The notes under the pieces are model-generated. The model saw only the letters and a list, made by a program, of their open reading frames with translations. It made no database searches and was not told the origin of the DNA. A stretch of DNA of 64,000 nucleotides from Clostridiales bacterium UBA1758. Lineage in GTDB: Bacteria; Bacillota; Clostridia; Oscillospirales; UBA1758. Where the stretch lies: positions 4,076 to 68,075 of the forward strand of contig DCHG01000062.1 of NCBI GenBank assembly GCA_002315595.1. The letters are read 5' to 3'. Shown piece by piece: positions 52,891 to 61,484 of the stretch. A program made the position numbers and the translations under genes. Position 1 is the stretch's first letter. Each line of letters opens with the position of its first letter.

Positions 52891-55863
52891 ATGACAAAAT
52901 CCATCACCGCATTAACCTCATTGTTCCTACAAACCTCGCTTCAGGATTCCGAGGCTGATTACCGACGTTCCGTCACAAATGCTGGCTTTCCGCACTGGGA
53001 CGCCGTTGTCATCACCGCCTCCAATCGGTTGCAGGCAGAGGGCTATATGCTCCAAATCGAATCACGCAGAAGCCGTCTTCCGCAGAATACGGCTTTTCTC
53101 GTCATTCCCGATGAAGGCGACAAACGCGTCGGCTCCGCCGGATCAACGCTTTCCGTCATTCGGGAACTGAAATCGCGTTTCGGCGACCTTTCCGATAAAA
53201 GATTTCTTGTGATTCACGCAGGCGGAAACTCATCACGCTGTCCGCAATATTCTGCGCTCGGCAAACTTTTTGCGCCTCTTCCCACGATGCTCGGCGACAA
53301 GCCTGCCACACTGTTCGATATGTTTCTTGTCACGATGGCGTCCGTTCCCGGCAGGATGAAAAACGGAATGTTGCTGCTTTCGGGCGATGTCACACTGCTT
53401 TTTAATCCTCTAATGTGCGATTTCGGTGATGCCTCCGCCGCCGTCATTTCGTTTACGGAAGATGTCGAAACCGGCAAGGATCACGGCGTATATGTGAAAA
53501 ACCCCGTCACGGGTAATGTGAAAAGTTTTCTGCACAAGCAACCCGTTGAGGTGTTGCGCGATCGCGGAGCCGTCGACCGTCGCAATCTCTGTTCCATCGA
53601 CACGGGTGCCATTTGGCTCTGTCCCGAAATTCTCGACCGTCTTTTCTCACTTGTCGACACCGACGTAAAATATCATTCCGTCGTCAACGACACCGTCCGT
53701 CTGTCGCTTTATTCCGACATCGCCTATTGCCTTGCCGAGGATAGCACGCTTGCGCGGTTTCAAAACGAAACGCCCGAGGGCAGTTTCTGCCCCGAATTGA
53801 CTGCGGTACGCGAAAAGTTATGGAACGTCATCGGCTCGTATAATATGAAACTGATGAACCTTGCACCGGCGAAATTCGTTCATTTCGGATCCATTCCCGA
53901 AATTCTCGATCTTGTCAACACCGGCGTGGAAGAATACACTTTCATCGGTTGGGAAAAACAAATTGGTTCTTCTCTCGGAAACGCTTCAAATCCGGCATAC
54001 AATTCTGTGCTGAACGACGGTGCCATCATCGGCGACGGCAGTTTTTTGGAGGTTTCCTATGTCCGTTCCGGCGCAGTGATCGGCAAAAATTCGTATGTTT
54101 CGTTTGTTGATCTTCATCGTGGCGATCGGATCCCGGACAATGTTCTCGTTCACGGTTTGCGACACTCTAACGGGAAATTCACCTGCCGGATCATGAACGT
54201 CACAGATAATCCAAAGAGTAATTATCTCTTTGGTATTCAACTATCTGTAATCGGAAATAAACTAGGTGCAAAACTTTCCGAAACGCTTTGGGACGCAATG
54301 CTCTATCCCGAATGTGACAGTATCGACGAGGCAGTTCAGGCGAGTTTGAACCTCTACGATCTCGTTGTGAACGACTCCGGCGATCTGGATCAATGGCAAA
54401 GCGCGACAAAAAAATCGCTTTGTTCCGGTTTCAATGATGCCGATCCGAAAGCGATCATCGATTGGAACCAGCGCATGGAAGAACTCGTTCAAATGGATGA
54501 ATTCGCAAATGCCATTCGATCGGGAATTCCCGCAAGCACGATCAAACCATCCTCTGCAAAACTTTCAGAAATTCAAAAAAAGTGGGTTGCGGATCAGTTT
54601 AAGGATCTTGATCCGACTGATCTTTCGGATTTTTCCTATGCGATCCGCCTTCACTATTATCTTGGTACTGTGTTCGGCGAAGAGGAGTTTACCGCGTCCT
54701 GCTATCAACTGATCGCCCAAACAGTGCTTCATTCGACACTTGCCGGTCTGAACTACCGCGACCAATTGAAGATCGCATCCGACGAAGTCGTCGTCCGTCT
54801 TCCGCTTCGCGTCAACTGGGGCGGCGGTTGGACGGACACCTGTCCCCATTGTTTGGAACACGGCGGCATCGTTTTGAATGCCGCGATCGCGATCGACGGC
54901 AAATATCCCGTTGAAGTTCGGCTCGTCAAAATCCCGGAACACAAAATTGTATTTGACAGCCGTGATATGGATGTCCACGGCGAATTCACCGATATTGCAC
55001 CGTTGCAGGAAACCGGGAACCCCTTTGATCCGTTTTCATTGCAAAAAGCCTGCCTGCTCGCCTGCGGAATTATCCCGAAGACAGGCGGCAACCTCGACGC
55101 TATCCTGACACGCCTCGGCGGAGGCTTTGTCATGCACTCCGAGGTCAAAAATGTCCCGAAAGGCTCCGGTCTCGGTACATCTTCCATTCTTTCGGCTGCC
55201 GCGGTCAAGGCGATGTTGCGCTTTGTGGGCGCGCCATTCACGGAAGAAACGCTTTATTCCACCGTGCTTGCGATGGAACAAATCATGTCCACCGGGGGCG
55301 GATGGCAGGATCAGGTGGGCGGATTGATTCCGGGCATCAAACTCGTTTCGTCCTCACGCGGTATCGACCAGCGGCTGAACGTCGAGCATATCCACCTTTC
55401 CGATGCGACAAAATCGGAATTAAATGAGCGTTTTGCGATTATTTACACCGGTCAGCGTCGTTTGGCGCGAAACCTTTTGCGCGATGTTCTCGGTCGGTAT
55501 ATCGGTAACGAGCCGGACAGTCTGTACGCACATCGTGAGATCCAAAAAATAGCAAATTCCATGCGTCTTGCGCTGGAAAACGGCAATGTGGACGAATTTG
55601 CGAGACTTTTGGATCAACACTGGTCATTGTCCAAAAAAATAGACTCCGGCAGTAGCAATTCGCTGATCGAACAGATCTTCATCGCAATTGACGATTTGAT
55701 CGACGCAAGAATGTGTTGCGGTGCCGGTGGAGGCGGTTTTTTGCAAGTCGTGCTGAAAAAGGGCGTGACCAAAGGCGATGTGCATCATCGCTTGAAGGAT
55801 GTGTTCCTCGATTTCGCCGTTGATGTTTGGGAAAGCGCGATCGTGTACGAGATCAATGCGTAA
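52891..55863 (+). CDS. fkp: Bifunctional L-fucokinase / L-fucose-1-phosphate guanylyltransferase
   Basis: 990 aa. The N-terminal half resembles the fucokinase-family nucleotidyltransferase region (VVITASNRLQAEGY, GSAGSTL). The C-terminal half is a GHMP kinase (PKGSGLGTSSILSAAAV, CGAGGGGF). Length and architecture match Bacteroides Fkp as I remember it. Confidence 0.85.
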   Translation: MTKSITALTSLFLQTSLQDSEADYRRSVTNAGFPHWDAVVITASNRLQAEGYMLQIESRRSRLPQNTAFLVIPDEGDKRVGSAGSTLSVIRELKSRFGDLSDKRFLVIHAGGNSSRCPQYSALGKLFAPLPTMLGDKPATLFDMFLVTMASVPGRMKNGMLLLSGDVTLLFNPLMCDFGDASAAVISFTEDVETGKDHGVYVKNPVTGNVKSFLHKQPVEVLRDRGAVDRRNLCSIDTGAIWLCPEILDRLFSLVDTDVKYHSVVNDTVRLSLYSDIAYCLAEDSTLARFQNETPEGSFCPELTAVREKLWNVIGSYNMKLMNLAPAKFVHFGSIPEILDLVNTGVEEYTFIGWEKQIGSSLGNASNPAYNSVLNDGAIIGDGSFLEVSYVRSGAVIGKNSYVSFVDLHRGDRIPDNVLVHGLRHSNGKFTCRIMNVTDNPKSNYLFGIQLSVIGNKLGAKLSETLWDAMLYPECDSIDEAVQASLNLYDLVVNDSGDLDQWQSATKKSLCSGFNDADPKAIIDWNQRMEELVQMDEFANAIRSGIPASTIKPSSAKLSEIQKKWVADQFKDLDPTDLSDFSYAIRLHYYLGTVFGEEEFTASCYQLIAQTVLHSTLAGLNYRDQLKIASDEVVVRLPLRVNWGGGWTDTCPHCLEHGGIVLNAAIAIDGKYPVEVRLVKIPEHKIVFDSRDMDVHGEFTDIAPLQETGNPFDPFSLQKACLLACGIIPKTGGNLDAILTRLGGGFVMHSEVKNVPKGSGLGTSSILSAAAVKAMLRFVGAPFTEETLYSTVLAMEQIMSTGGGWQDQVGGLIPGIKLVSSSRGIDQRLNVEHIHLSDATKSELNERFAIIYTGQRRLARNLLRDVLGRYIGNEPDSLYAHREIQKIANSMRLALENGNVDEFARLLDQHWSLSKKIDSGSSNSLIEQIFIAIDDLIDARMCCGAGGGGFLQVVLKKGVTKGDVHHRLKDVFLDFAVDVWESAIVYEINA

Positions 55864-55900
55864 TTCAAGGGGGAACGCATTGCTTTGTTCATAAAATGAT

Positions 55901-55932
55901 GGGGCAGGTTCAATGAGCCTGCCCCGTTTTTT
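55901..55932 (+). terminator. Rho-independent terminator after fkp
   Basis: ggggcagg...cctgcccc stem followed by gtttttt. Confidence 0.75.
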
Positions 55933-56006
55933 CGGATATTTTCACTCTGCTCCGCACGACGGAAATAGGAATCGTCCACAGATGGAATATGGAAAATTTC
56001 GGCACA

Positions 56007-56888
56007 TCAATCACAATTTCCTTCGGCTCTGTTTTCTTCTTTGGAAACGATTTCACGAACTTCATCCAAAGATTTCCAATCGGCGGTATGTTTTTTCATT
56101 ACTATTTTGTGTCGAATTCTAACAACAAATTTAGGGAAACAGGAACGAATATGATAAAGTTTTCCCAGTGATTCTTTTGTCGTTTCGTATTTTTTCTTTG
56201 AGATTAGGTTATATTTATATAAAATCTTATTGTCTTCCAAGGCTACCAAAACTCCATTATTGGTTCCTATTCCATCACAGTCAAAAATCGACACGATTTG
56301 ACTAATTGATTGATATTGTACCCCCCCGGAAAATGCTTTTACGAAGAAACCAAAATCAGCGGCCAACCCTTCTTGTAACGAAAAAGGGTTGTTTTTTAGA
56401 TATTTGCTTCGAGTAATAACGGATTGGTGGCAAAACTCCATTTCTCCCAAAAATGACAATTTACTCGGATCCTTAGACCTGTAAACCCGATACTTATTTT
56501 GATACTTAAAAACCACATCGCCGTATATTATATCCGCGTTATTTTTATCTGCTCTCTCAAATACAAGCATCGAATATTCATCAAAAAAAATATCACCTGC
56601 ATTCAAATAAAGACACCATTCGCCGGTTGCAAGAGCCGCGCCTTTATTCATTGCGTCGTATATTCCCTTGTCCGATTCACTGTAAAAACGGATCAGTAAT
56701 CCCAATTTCTCCGCTTTCTCAATATATTCTTTCATTGCTTCTGCCGTTCCGTCCGTTGACGCCCCGTCAACTATCACCATTTCAATCGTACTCATATCAA
56801 TTTTCTGATACATAACGGATTCAACAGTTTTCAATAAATCTTTTTTCGCGTTTTTGCATATCGTGATGATCGAATATTCAGGCTTCAT
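56007..56888 (-). CDS. Glycosyltransferase family 2
   Basis: YSIITICKNAKKDL...VIVDGASTDGTAEAM...ESDKGIYDAMNKG. It is a paralogue of the GT2 at 47533..48336. ATG at 56888 is preceded by GGGAGGG. Confidence 0.85.
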   Translation of the reverse strand: MKPEYSIITICKNAKKDLLKTVESVMYQKIDMSTIEMVIVDGASTDGTAEAMKEYIEKAEKLGLLIRFYSESDKGIYDAMNKGAALATGEWCLYLNAGDIFFDEYSMLVFERADKNNADIIYGDVVFKYQNKYRVYRSKDPSKLSFLGEMEFCHQSVITRSKYLKNNPFSLQEGLAADFGFFVKAFSGGVQYQSISQIVSIFDCDGIGTNNGVLVALEDNKILYKYNLISKKKYETTKESLGKLYHIRSCFPKFVVRIRHKIVMKKHTADWKSLDEVREIVSKEENRAEGNCD

Positions 56889-56898
56889 AGCATTCCCT
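56832..56898. repeat. Direct repeat copy A (ribosome-binding site plus first ~15 codons of the GT2 gene)
   Basis: Near-identical to 58005..58070. The shared core is ttttcgcgtttttgcatatcgtgatgatcgaatattcaggcttcatagcattccct. Confidence 0.9.
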
Positions 56899-56918
56899 CC
56901 CAGCATAAAGTGATCCTC

Positions 56919-58031
56919 TCACCAATAACATCCATTTTCAACCTGTTTATAATTTTGGGGCGGAGTTTCGATTGGGCGAATCCAATTTTCATTGATAAAC
57001 TTCTTATATAAAAGATCGGAAGTGAGCAGAAATTCTCCATAAACTCCAAAAAAAGCCGGCAACCGTCCGCAAGGTTCAATTGCTATTTTACCCATTTTCT
57101 TGATCTCACACCCCAAAGGAAATCCGTATGCTCCTGCTCCAATAAGTGCAATATCAAAATCTATTTTCCGAATATCATCGATCATTTTCCTCAACACCTG
57201 AAAAAAATTGGTAAATCCTTCCGGTCGTTCGCCCACCTGAGTTGTATAAGTCTTGTATGTAATCAACTCAAAATCCGGCAACTCACATTCAGGCGAATAT
57301 GCCCATTCCGATTTGCGTTCATATTGTAATCTAATTGAATCCGTAAATGAATTTGCAACCAACACTTTTTTCCCTTTTAATGCACCAATCCATGTATCCC
57401 GAATCGGTTTATCACAATACGGCCCAAATTCAAAATATTGCTTTTTTCTATCATCAACCATTTTAACATGGCGAAGAAAATGACCATATGAAAACAACTG
57501 ATATTTAAACGGCGGAAAACTAACTGGCATATAATCGCATTCGGAATAACAAGAAATTAACAGTTCGGAAAACTCATCTACCGCTTGATCGATTTCTTTA
57601 TAGTCATCAGAAAAAAAGCCCGAAGTTTGATATAACCACTCAATCCAGCAAGTTTTGTACCTTTTTGTCACCTTGGCTCGTTTTTTACAATATGAATTTA
57701 CAATTGCCGCTTCAGTATTTCCCATCCTCCCCAGGAAAGTTGGTGTGCCATCCAATATCCTGTTTTTAATTTCATCAGTTTCTAAAATATCAATAGTTTT
57801 ATAACCTAAACCTTTTAATATTTGAAAATATGTCGTATCGCAATCGTGCTTTATCAGTGTTAGAAATGCACGAACTATATTGATTATAAAATAATCAATA
57901 CTATCTCTAATCGTAAATTTATACACTATATTTTCCTCTTTTGAAACAAGAATTTCACTTACTTTTTTATCTTTTACTCTTTTGAATGCACATCCATAAT
58001 TTTCCAATAAATCATTTTCGCGTTTTTGCAT
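56919..58031 (-). CDS. Hypothetical protein, possibly a GT-D-fold (DUF1792-like) glycosyltransferase
   Basis: 370-aa ORF. FLGRMGNTEAAIV and DIALIGAGAYGFPLGCEIKKMGKIAIEPCG loosely resemble GT-D family motifs. The ATG at 58031 has no ribosome-binding site; the GTG at 57926 is preceded by AAGAGGAAA. Confidence 0.5.
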   Translation of the reverse strand: MQKRENDLLENYGCAFKRVKDKKVSEILVSKEENIVYKFTIRDSIDYFIINIVRAFLTLIKHDCDTTYFQILKGLGYKTIDILETDEIKNRILDGTPTFLGRMGNTEAAIVNSYCKKRAKVTKRYKTCWIEWLYQTSGFFSDDYKEIDQAVDEFSELLISCYSECDYMPVSFPPFKYQLFSYGHFLRHVKMVDDRKKQYFEFGPYCDKPIRDTWIGALKGKKVLVANSFTDSIRLQYERKSEWAYSPECELPDFELITYKTYTTQVGERPEGFTNFFQVLRKMIDDIRKIDFDIALIGAGAYGFPLGCEIKKMGKIAIEPCGRLPAFFGVYGEFLLTSDLLYKKFINENWIRPIETPPQNYKQVENGCYW

Positions 58032-58070
58032 ATCGTGATGATCGAATATTCAGGCTTCATAGCATTCCCT
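58005..58070. repeat. Direct repeat copy B, in front of the 370-aa orphan gene
   Basis: Same core as copy A, with one substitution plus a 1-nt deletion in the A-run. This leaves a 28-codon remnant ORF (58060..57974, MKPEYSIITICKNAKMIYWKIMDVHSKE). Confidence 0.9.
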
Positions 58071-58145
58071 TCCGCTACATTTCATTGCATTTTTATCAAA
58101 ATATCATCAATTCACGTAATTGAAAAATAGTCTATACCGAGTCAT

Positions 58146-59270
58146 TCACAGGATCTTTTCCGTGATATTCAATACGGTCTCTATAATTTGATCCATATCA
58201 TAGTACTTATATTCGGCTAGTCGTCCGCAAAACAGAACATTTTGTTCTTTTAATGCTAATTCTCTGTATTTTTTTAATAAAATCTCGTTCTTTTCATCGT
58301 TTATTGGATAATACGGTTCAACTCCGGGTACCCATTCAGTACTATATTCCTTGGTGATGACAGTCTTTGGTATCTCGTTTCCGTTTTCATCCTTGCCGAA
58401 TTGAAACCACTTATGTTCAATCATTCTGGTCCACGGAGTATCCGCATCAGTATAATTAATAACGGCGTTTCCTTGGTAATTCGAACAATTAATTATTTCA
58501 TTTTCAAATCTAACCGATCTATATTCCAGATGACCATATTGATAATCGAAAAAGGCATCAATCGGACCGGAATAAATAATGTTCTCGGCTACAAATTCAT
58601 ATTCGGCTTTATTTTTTAAATAATCGACACCTAATTCTACATCCGCACCATCGAGCATCTTTTTTACCATTTCCGTATATCCACCATTTGGAATTCCCTG
58701 ATATTTAGCATTAAAATAATTATTGTCATAGGTAAATCGGACAGGTATGCGGTCGATAATGAATGTCGGTAATTGCGTGCACTCTCTCCCCCATTGCTTC
58801 TGCGTATATCCCTTAATCAGTTTTTCATAAATATCCGTTCCGACTAGCGAAATGGCCTGTTCTTCAAGATTTTTCGGAACGCGAATTCCTGACAATTTTC
58901 TCTGTTTTTCAATGAAACTTTTCGCTTCATCGGGCGATACAATCCCCCACATTGAATTAAATGTATACATATTAAACGGAAGCGAATATAATTCCCCCTT
59001 ATAATTGGCAATTGGGGAATTCACAAAATGATTAAAACTCGCAAACCGATTGACATAGTTCCATACTTTTATATTATTCGTATGAAAAATGTGTGCGCCA
59101 TATTTATGCACATCAATTTGGTCAATTCTTTCGGTGTAAATATTACCTCCAATATGTGACCTTTTATCGAGAACTAACACAGTTTTCCCTTTTTCTATCG
59201 CTCTTTGTGCAAATACAGAGCCACTTAATCCCGCGCCAACTATGAGAAAATCATATTTTTTCTTTTTCAT
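58146..59270 (-). CDS. glf: UDP-galactopyranose mutase
   Basis: YDFLIVGAGLSGSVFA...LVLDKRSHIGGNIYT...HKYGAHIFHTN...GRLAEYKYYDMDQ are classic Glf motifs. ATG at 59270. Confidence 0.92.
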   Translation of the reverse strand: MKKKKYDFLIVGAGLSGSVFAQRAIEKGKTVLVLDKRSHIGGNIYTERIDQIDVHKYGAHIFHTNNIKVWNYVNRFASFNHFVNSPIANYKGELYSLPFNMYTFNSMWGIVSPDEAKSFIEKQRKLSGIRVPKNLEEQAISLVGTDIYEKLIKGYTQKQWGRECTQLPTFIIDRIPVRFTYDNNYFNAKYQGIPNGGYTEMVKKMLDGADVELGVDYLKNKAEYEFVAENIIYSGPIDAFFDYQYGHLEYRSVRFENEIINCSNYQGNAVINYTDADTPWTRMIEHKWFQFGKDENGNEIPKTVITKEYSTEWVPGVEPYYPINDEKNEILLKKYRELALKEQNVLFCGRLAEYKYYDMDQIIETVLNITEKIL

Positions 59271-59287
59271 ATTTCCAGCCCCAGCAT

Positions 59288-60301
59288 TTAATCGCAACGA
59301 TTTGTATACCACGGAACAAGTTTCAACAACCAAAATGCTAAATACCGAGTTCTTCTCATACTTTTAATAAGAATTCCGGAATTTCCAAAATCTTTTCCTT
59401 CAATCACTGTATATATTTCCGGACTGATTTCTTTCATTTCCGTGTCAAATTTTCGAAGTTTTTGCAAAGTGGCTTTGTTAATTCCACAACGATAGAGATA
59501 TCGAAACGCCGTTCTTCCGGTAATTCCGCAGACTCTTAATAGGTAACTTTTGTTCGGAGTATTTTTTGAAATTAAGTGATAATTCTCCGAAATCATTAAT
59601 GAAATCTTCAAAAGATCATCAATATGCTTTTTTATAGATTCAGTCGATACCGATTGCCCGTCCCGCCCAATACGATAATTGTACATATTGATATGATAAT
59701 AGCGAATCGTTGTTGCTACCAAGAATGGTAAGTAAAAATAGACTGTATCCGTATACAATAAATGCTCCGGCAACTCAACACCCGATTTTAAGAGAACTTC
59801 TGTCCTATATGTTATATTCTGATGGCCATAATGTGAAGAAGGTACATTAATCGCTATATTTTGCAAATCCGAAATATCGAACGTCTCGATTTTTTTCATA
59901 TCTATATTATTTTCGCAAAAAGATCGCATATCTGATATTATCACATCTGCATTTTCATTCTCCAACTGTTTCAAAAAGGCTCCCAATGCACCTTTTTCCA
60001 ACATATCATCTCCGTCAAGCGTTTTGAAATATATACCGGTTGCATGATTGATTACATAATTTTGAACCGACCCGTATCCACCATTTTCTTTATGAACAGG
60101 GAAAATTGAATTTGGGTATTTCATTGCATATTCTTTTGCGATTGAGAGTGTTTCGTCTGTTCCACCATCGTCCACCACGAATATTTCCAATTTATCCATA
60201 ATTTCAGGTACAATTAATGAATCCAATGTATCTTTTATTGTATTTTGGGCATTAAATGCCGCAATTGATATCGTTAGAACTTTGTTCATTTTAACTTTCA
60301 T
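59288..60301 (-). CDS. Glycosyltransferase family 2 (candidate galactofuranosyltransferase, by position next to glf)
   Basis: LTISIAAFNAQNTIKDTLDSL...FVVDDGGTDETLSIAKEY. ATGA overlap with the upstream gene. Confidence 0.8.
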   Translation of the reverse strand: MKVKMNKVLTISIAAFNAQNTIKDTLDSLIVPEIMDKLEIFVVDDGGTDETLSIAKEYAMKYPNSIFPVHKENGGYGSVQNYVINHATGIYFKTLDGDDMLEKGALGAFLKQLENENADVIISDMRSFCENNIDMKKIETFDISDLQNIAINVPSSHYGHQNITYRTEVLLKSGVELPEHLLYTDTVYFYLPFLVATTIRYYHINMYNYRIGRDGQSVSTESIKKHIDDLLKISLMISENYHLISKNTPNKSYLLRVCGITGRTAFRYLYRCGINKATLQKLRKFDTEMKEISPEIYTVIEGKDFGNSGILIKSMRRTRYLAFWLLKLVPWYTNRCD

Positions 60302-61377
60302 TCCTTATCGATCAACTTTTGATAAAGCATCTTTCGTTTCTTTGCGTTTTGAATCGTCCGAAGTGTATCCGGCTTTCTTTCACGGTGAACAAGGTCACCG
60401 CAATACCCGATCAGCACGGCAATACGGGATTTCTTTTCAGCCGTTGCCTTCGCTTTCAAACTATTCCACGCCGAGATGAACAGACTATTTTTAATCCCGC
60501 CCTCGTTTGCCGCGCCGATATATTTAATCTGCGCGCAACGTGCCCAGTAATCCTTTTTCCCGAAATTACCCGATGCAAGAACATCCTCCATTATTTCGGA
60601 GACAATGTGCTCATCATCCGTCCCGTAGCAGTCGCGATACGGCATCGAAAGATATTCCACGCAAACGAGTGATACAACACGGGCAAATTTCCACAATCCA
60701 AGCGTTTTCAGTTCCGTCTCCCACCGGCTCACATCCACTTGATCAGCAAACACCGCCCAATCGCAAAGATGCCGAAGACCAAAGCCCTCAAGCGCAAAAT
60801 GCTTCGCCATATGGCTGAGCATGATCACGCAGTGATGATACGCCGACGGCATCATCATACCGTCGACCTCCTCCGCCTGCTCAATCACATTTTCAAAAAC
60901 GCTCTCAACTTTATCGTTGTTTCCCGAAATCCTTCGATGAACCTCAATCGTGATACCCGTTTCATCTGCGAATGCCGCGTGCATCACGCCATCGTCCTTT
61001 TTCATGGCATAGCCGTGATCCGTCATCACCTTCATTGTCCGGGGGAAATCCGCGTCGCACACATAAATGTCCACATCCCCTGCCATTCGTCGCATCGGCT
61101 CCGGATAGTACCGTGCAGACGTGCAACCCTTCAAGATCACATATGGGATCTGCGCCGATTTCATCATCTCGTGGATTTTCCGATGTTGGTCGAAAACAAG
61201 CAGATTTTTGCGGATAATCCTGAAAAACAGTTCGTCCTTGACATTCGGAAGCATCGCATATACGGCTTGTTGCGCCGCTTCCTCAAACAATTCCGGCGAA
61301 GTTTCAAAGGCTTCGATCGGAGCAGAAAAAAGAACATTCGCCAATATTTTCAGCAGGAGTATCTGTGTTTCGTTCAT
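60298..61377 (-). CDS. Uncharacterised nucleotidyltransferase family protein (NTP_transf_5-like)
   Basis: ILKGCTSARYYPEPMRRMAGDVDIYV resembles the nucleotidyltransferase-fold G..D.D signature of this family. ATG at 61377 lies 6 nt after GGAGG. Confidence 0.55.
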   Translation of the reverse strand: MNETQILLLKILANVLFSAPIEAFETSPELFEEAAQQAVYAMLPNVKDELFFRIIRKNLLVFDQHRKIHEMMKSAQIPYVILKGCTSARYYPEPMRRMAGDVDIYVCDADFPRTMKVMTDHGYAMKKDDGVMHAAFADETGITIEVHRRISGNNDKVESVFENVIEQAEEVDGMMMPSAYHHCVIMLSHMAKHFALEGFGLRHLCDWAVFADQVDVSRWETELKTLGLWKFARVVSLVCVEYLSMPYRDCYGTDDEHIVSEIMEDVLASGNFGKKDYWARCAQIKYIGAANEGGIKNSLFISAWNSLKAKATAEKKSRIAVLIGYCGDLVHRERKPDTLRTIQNAKKRKMLYQKLIDKE

Positions 61378-61409
61378 AACCATCCTCCGAATATTGTGAC
61401 AAATGTTCT

Positions 61410-61450
61410 AAAAAAGTCAAAATCCCACCGAATTTCGGAGATTTTTGACC
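61410..61450 (-). terminator. Probable rho-independent terminator after galE (minus strand)
   Basis: The minus strand reads GTCAAAAATCTCCGAAATTCGGTGGGATTTTGAC followed by TTTTTT. The stem is imperfect. Confidence 0.55.
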
Positions 61451-61484
61451 AATATTATTCTATCAGCAGACTAAATTCGCGGTA

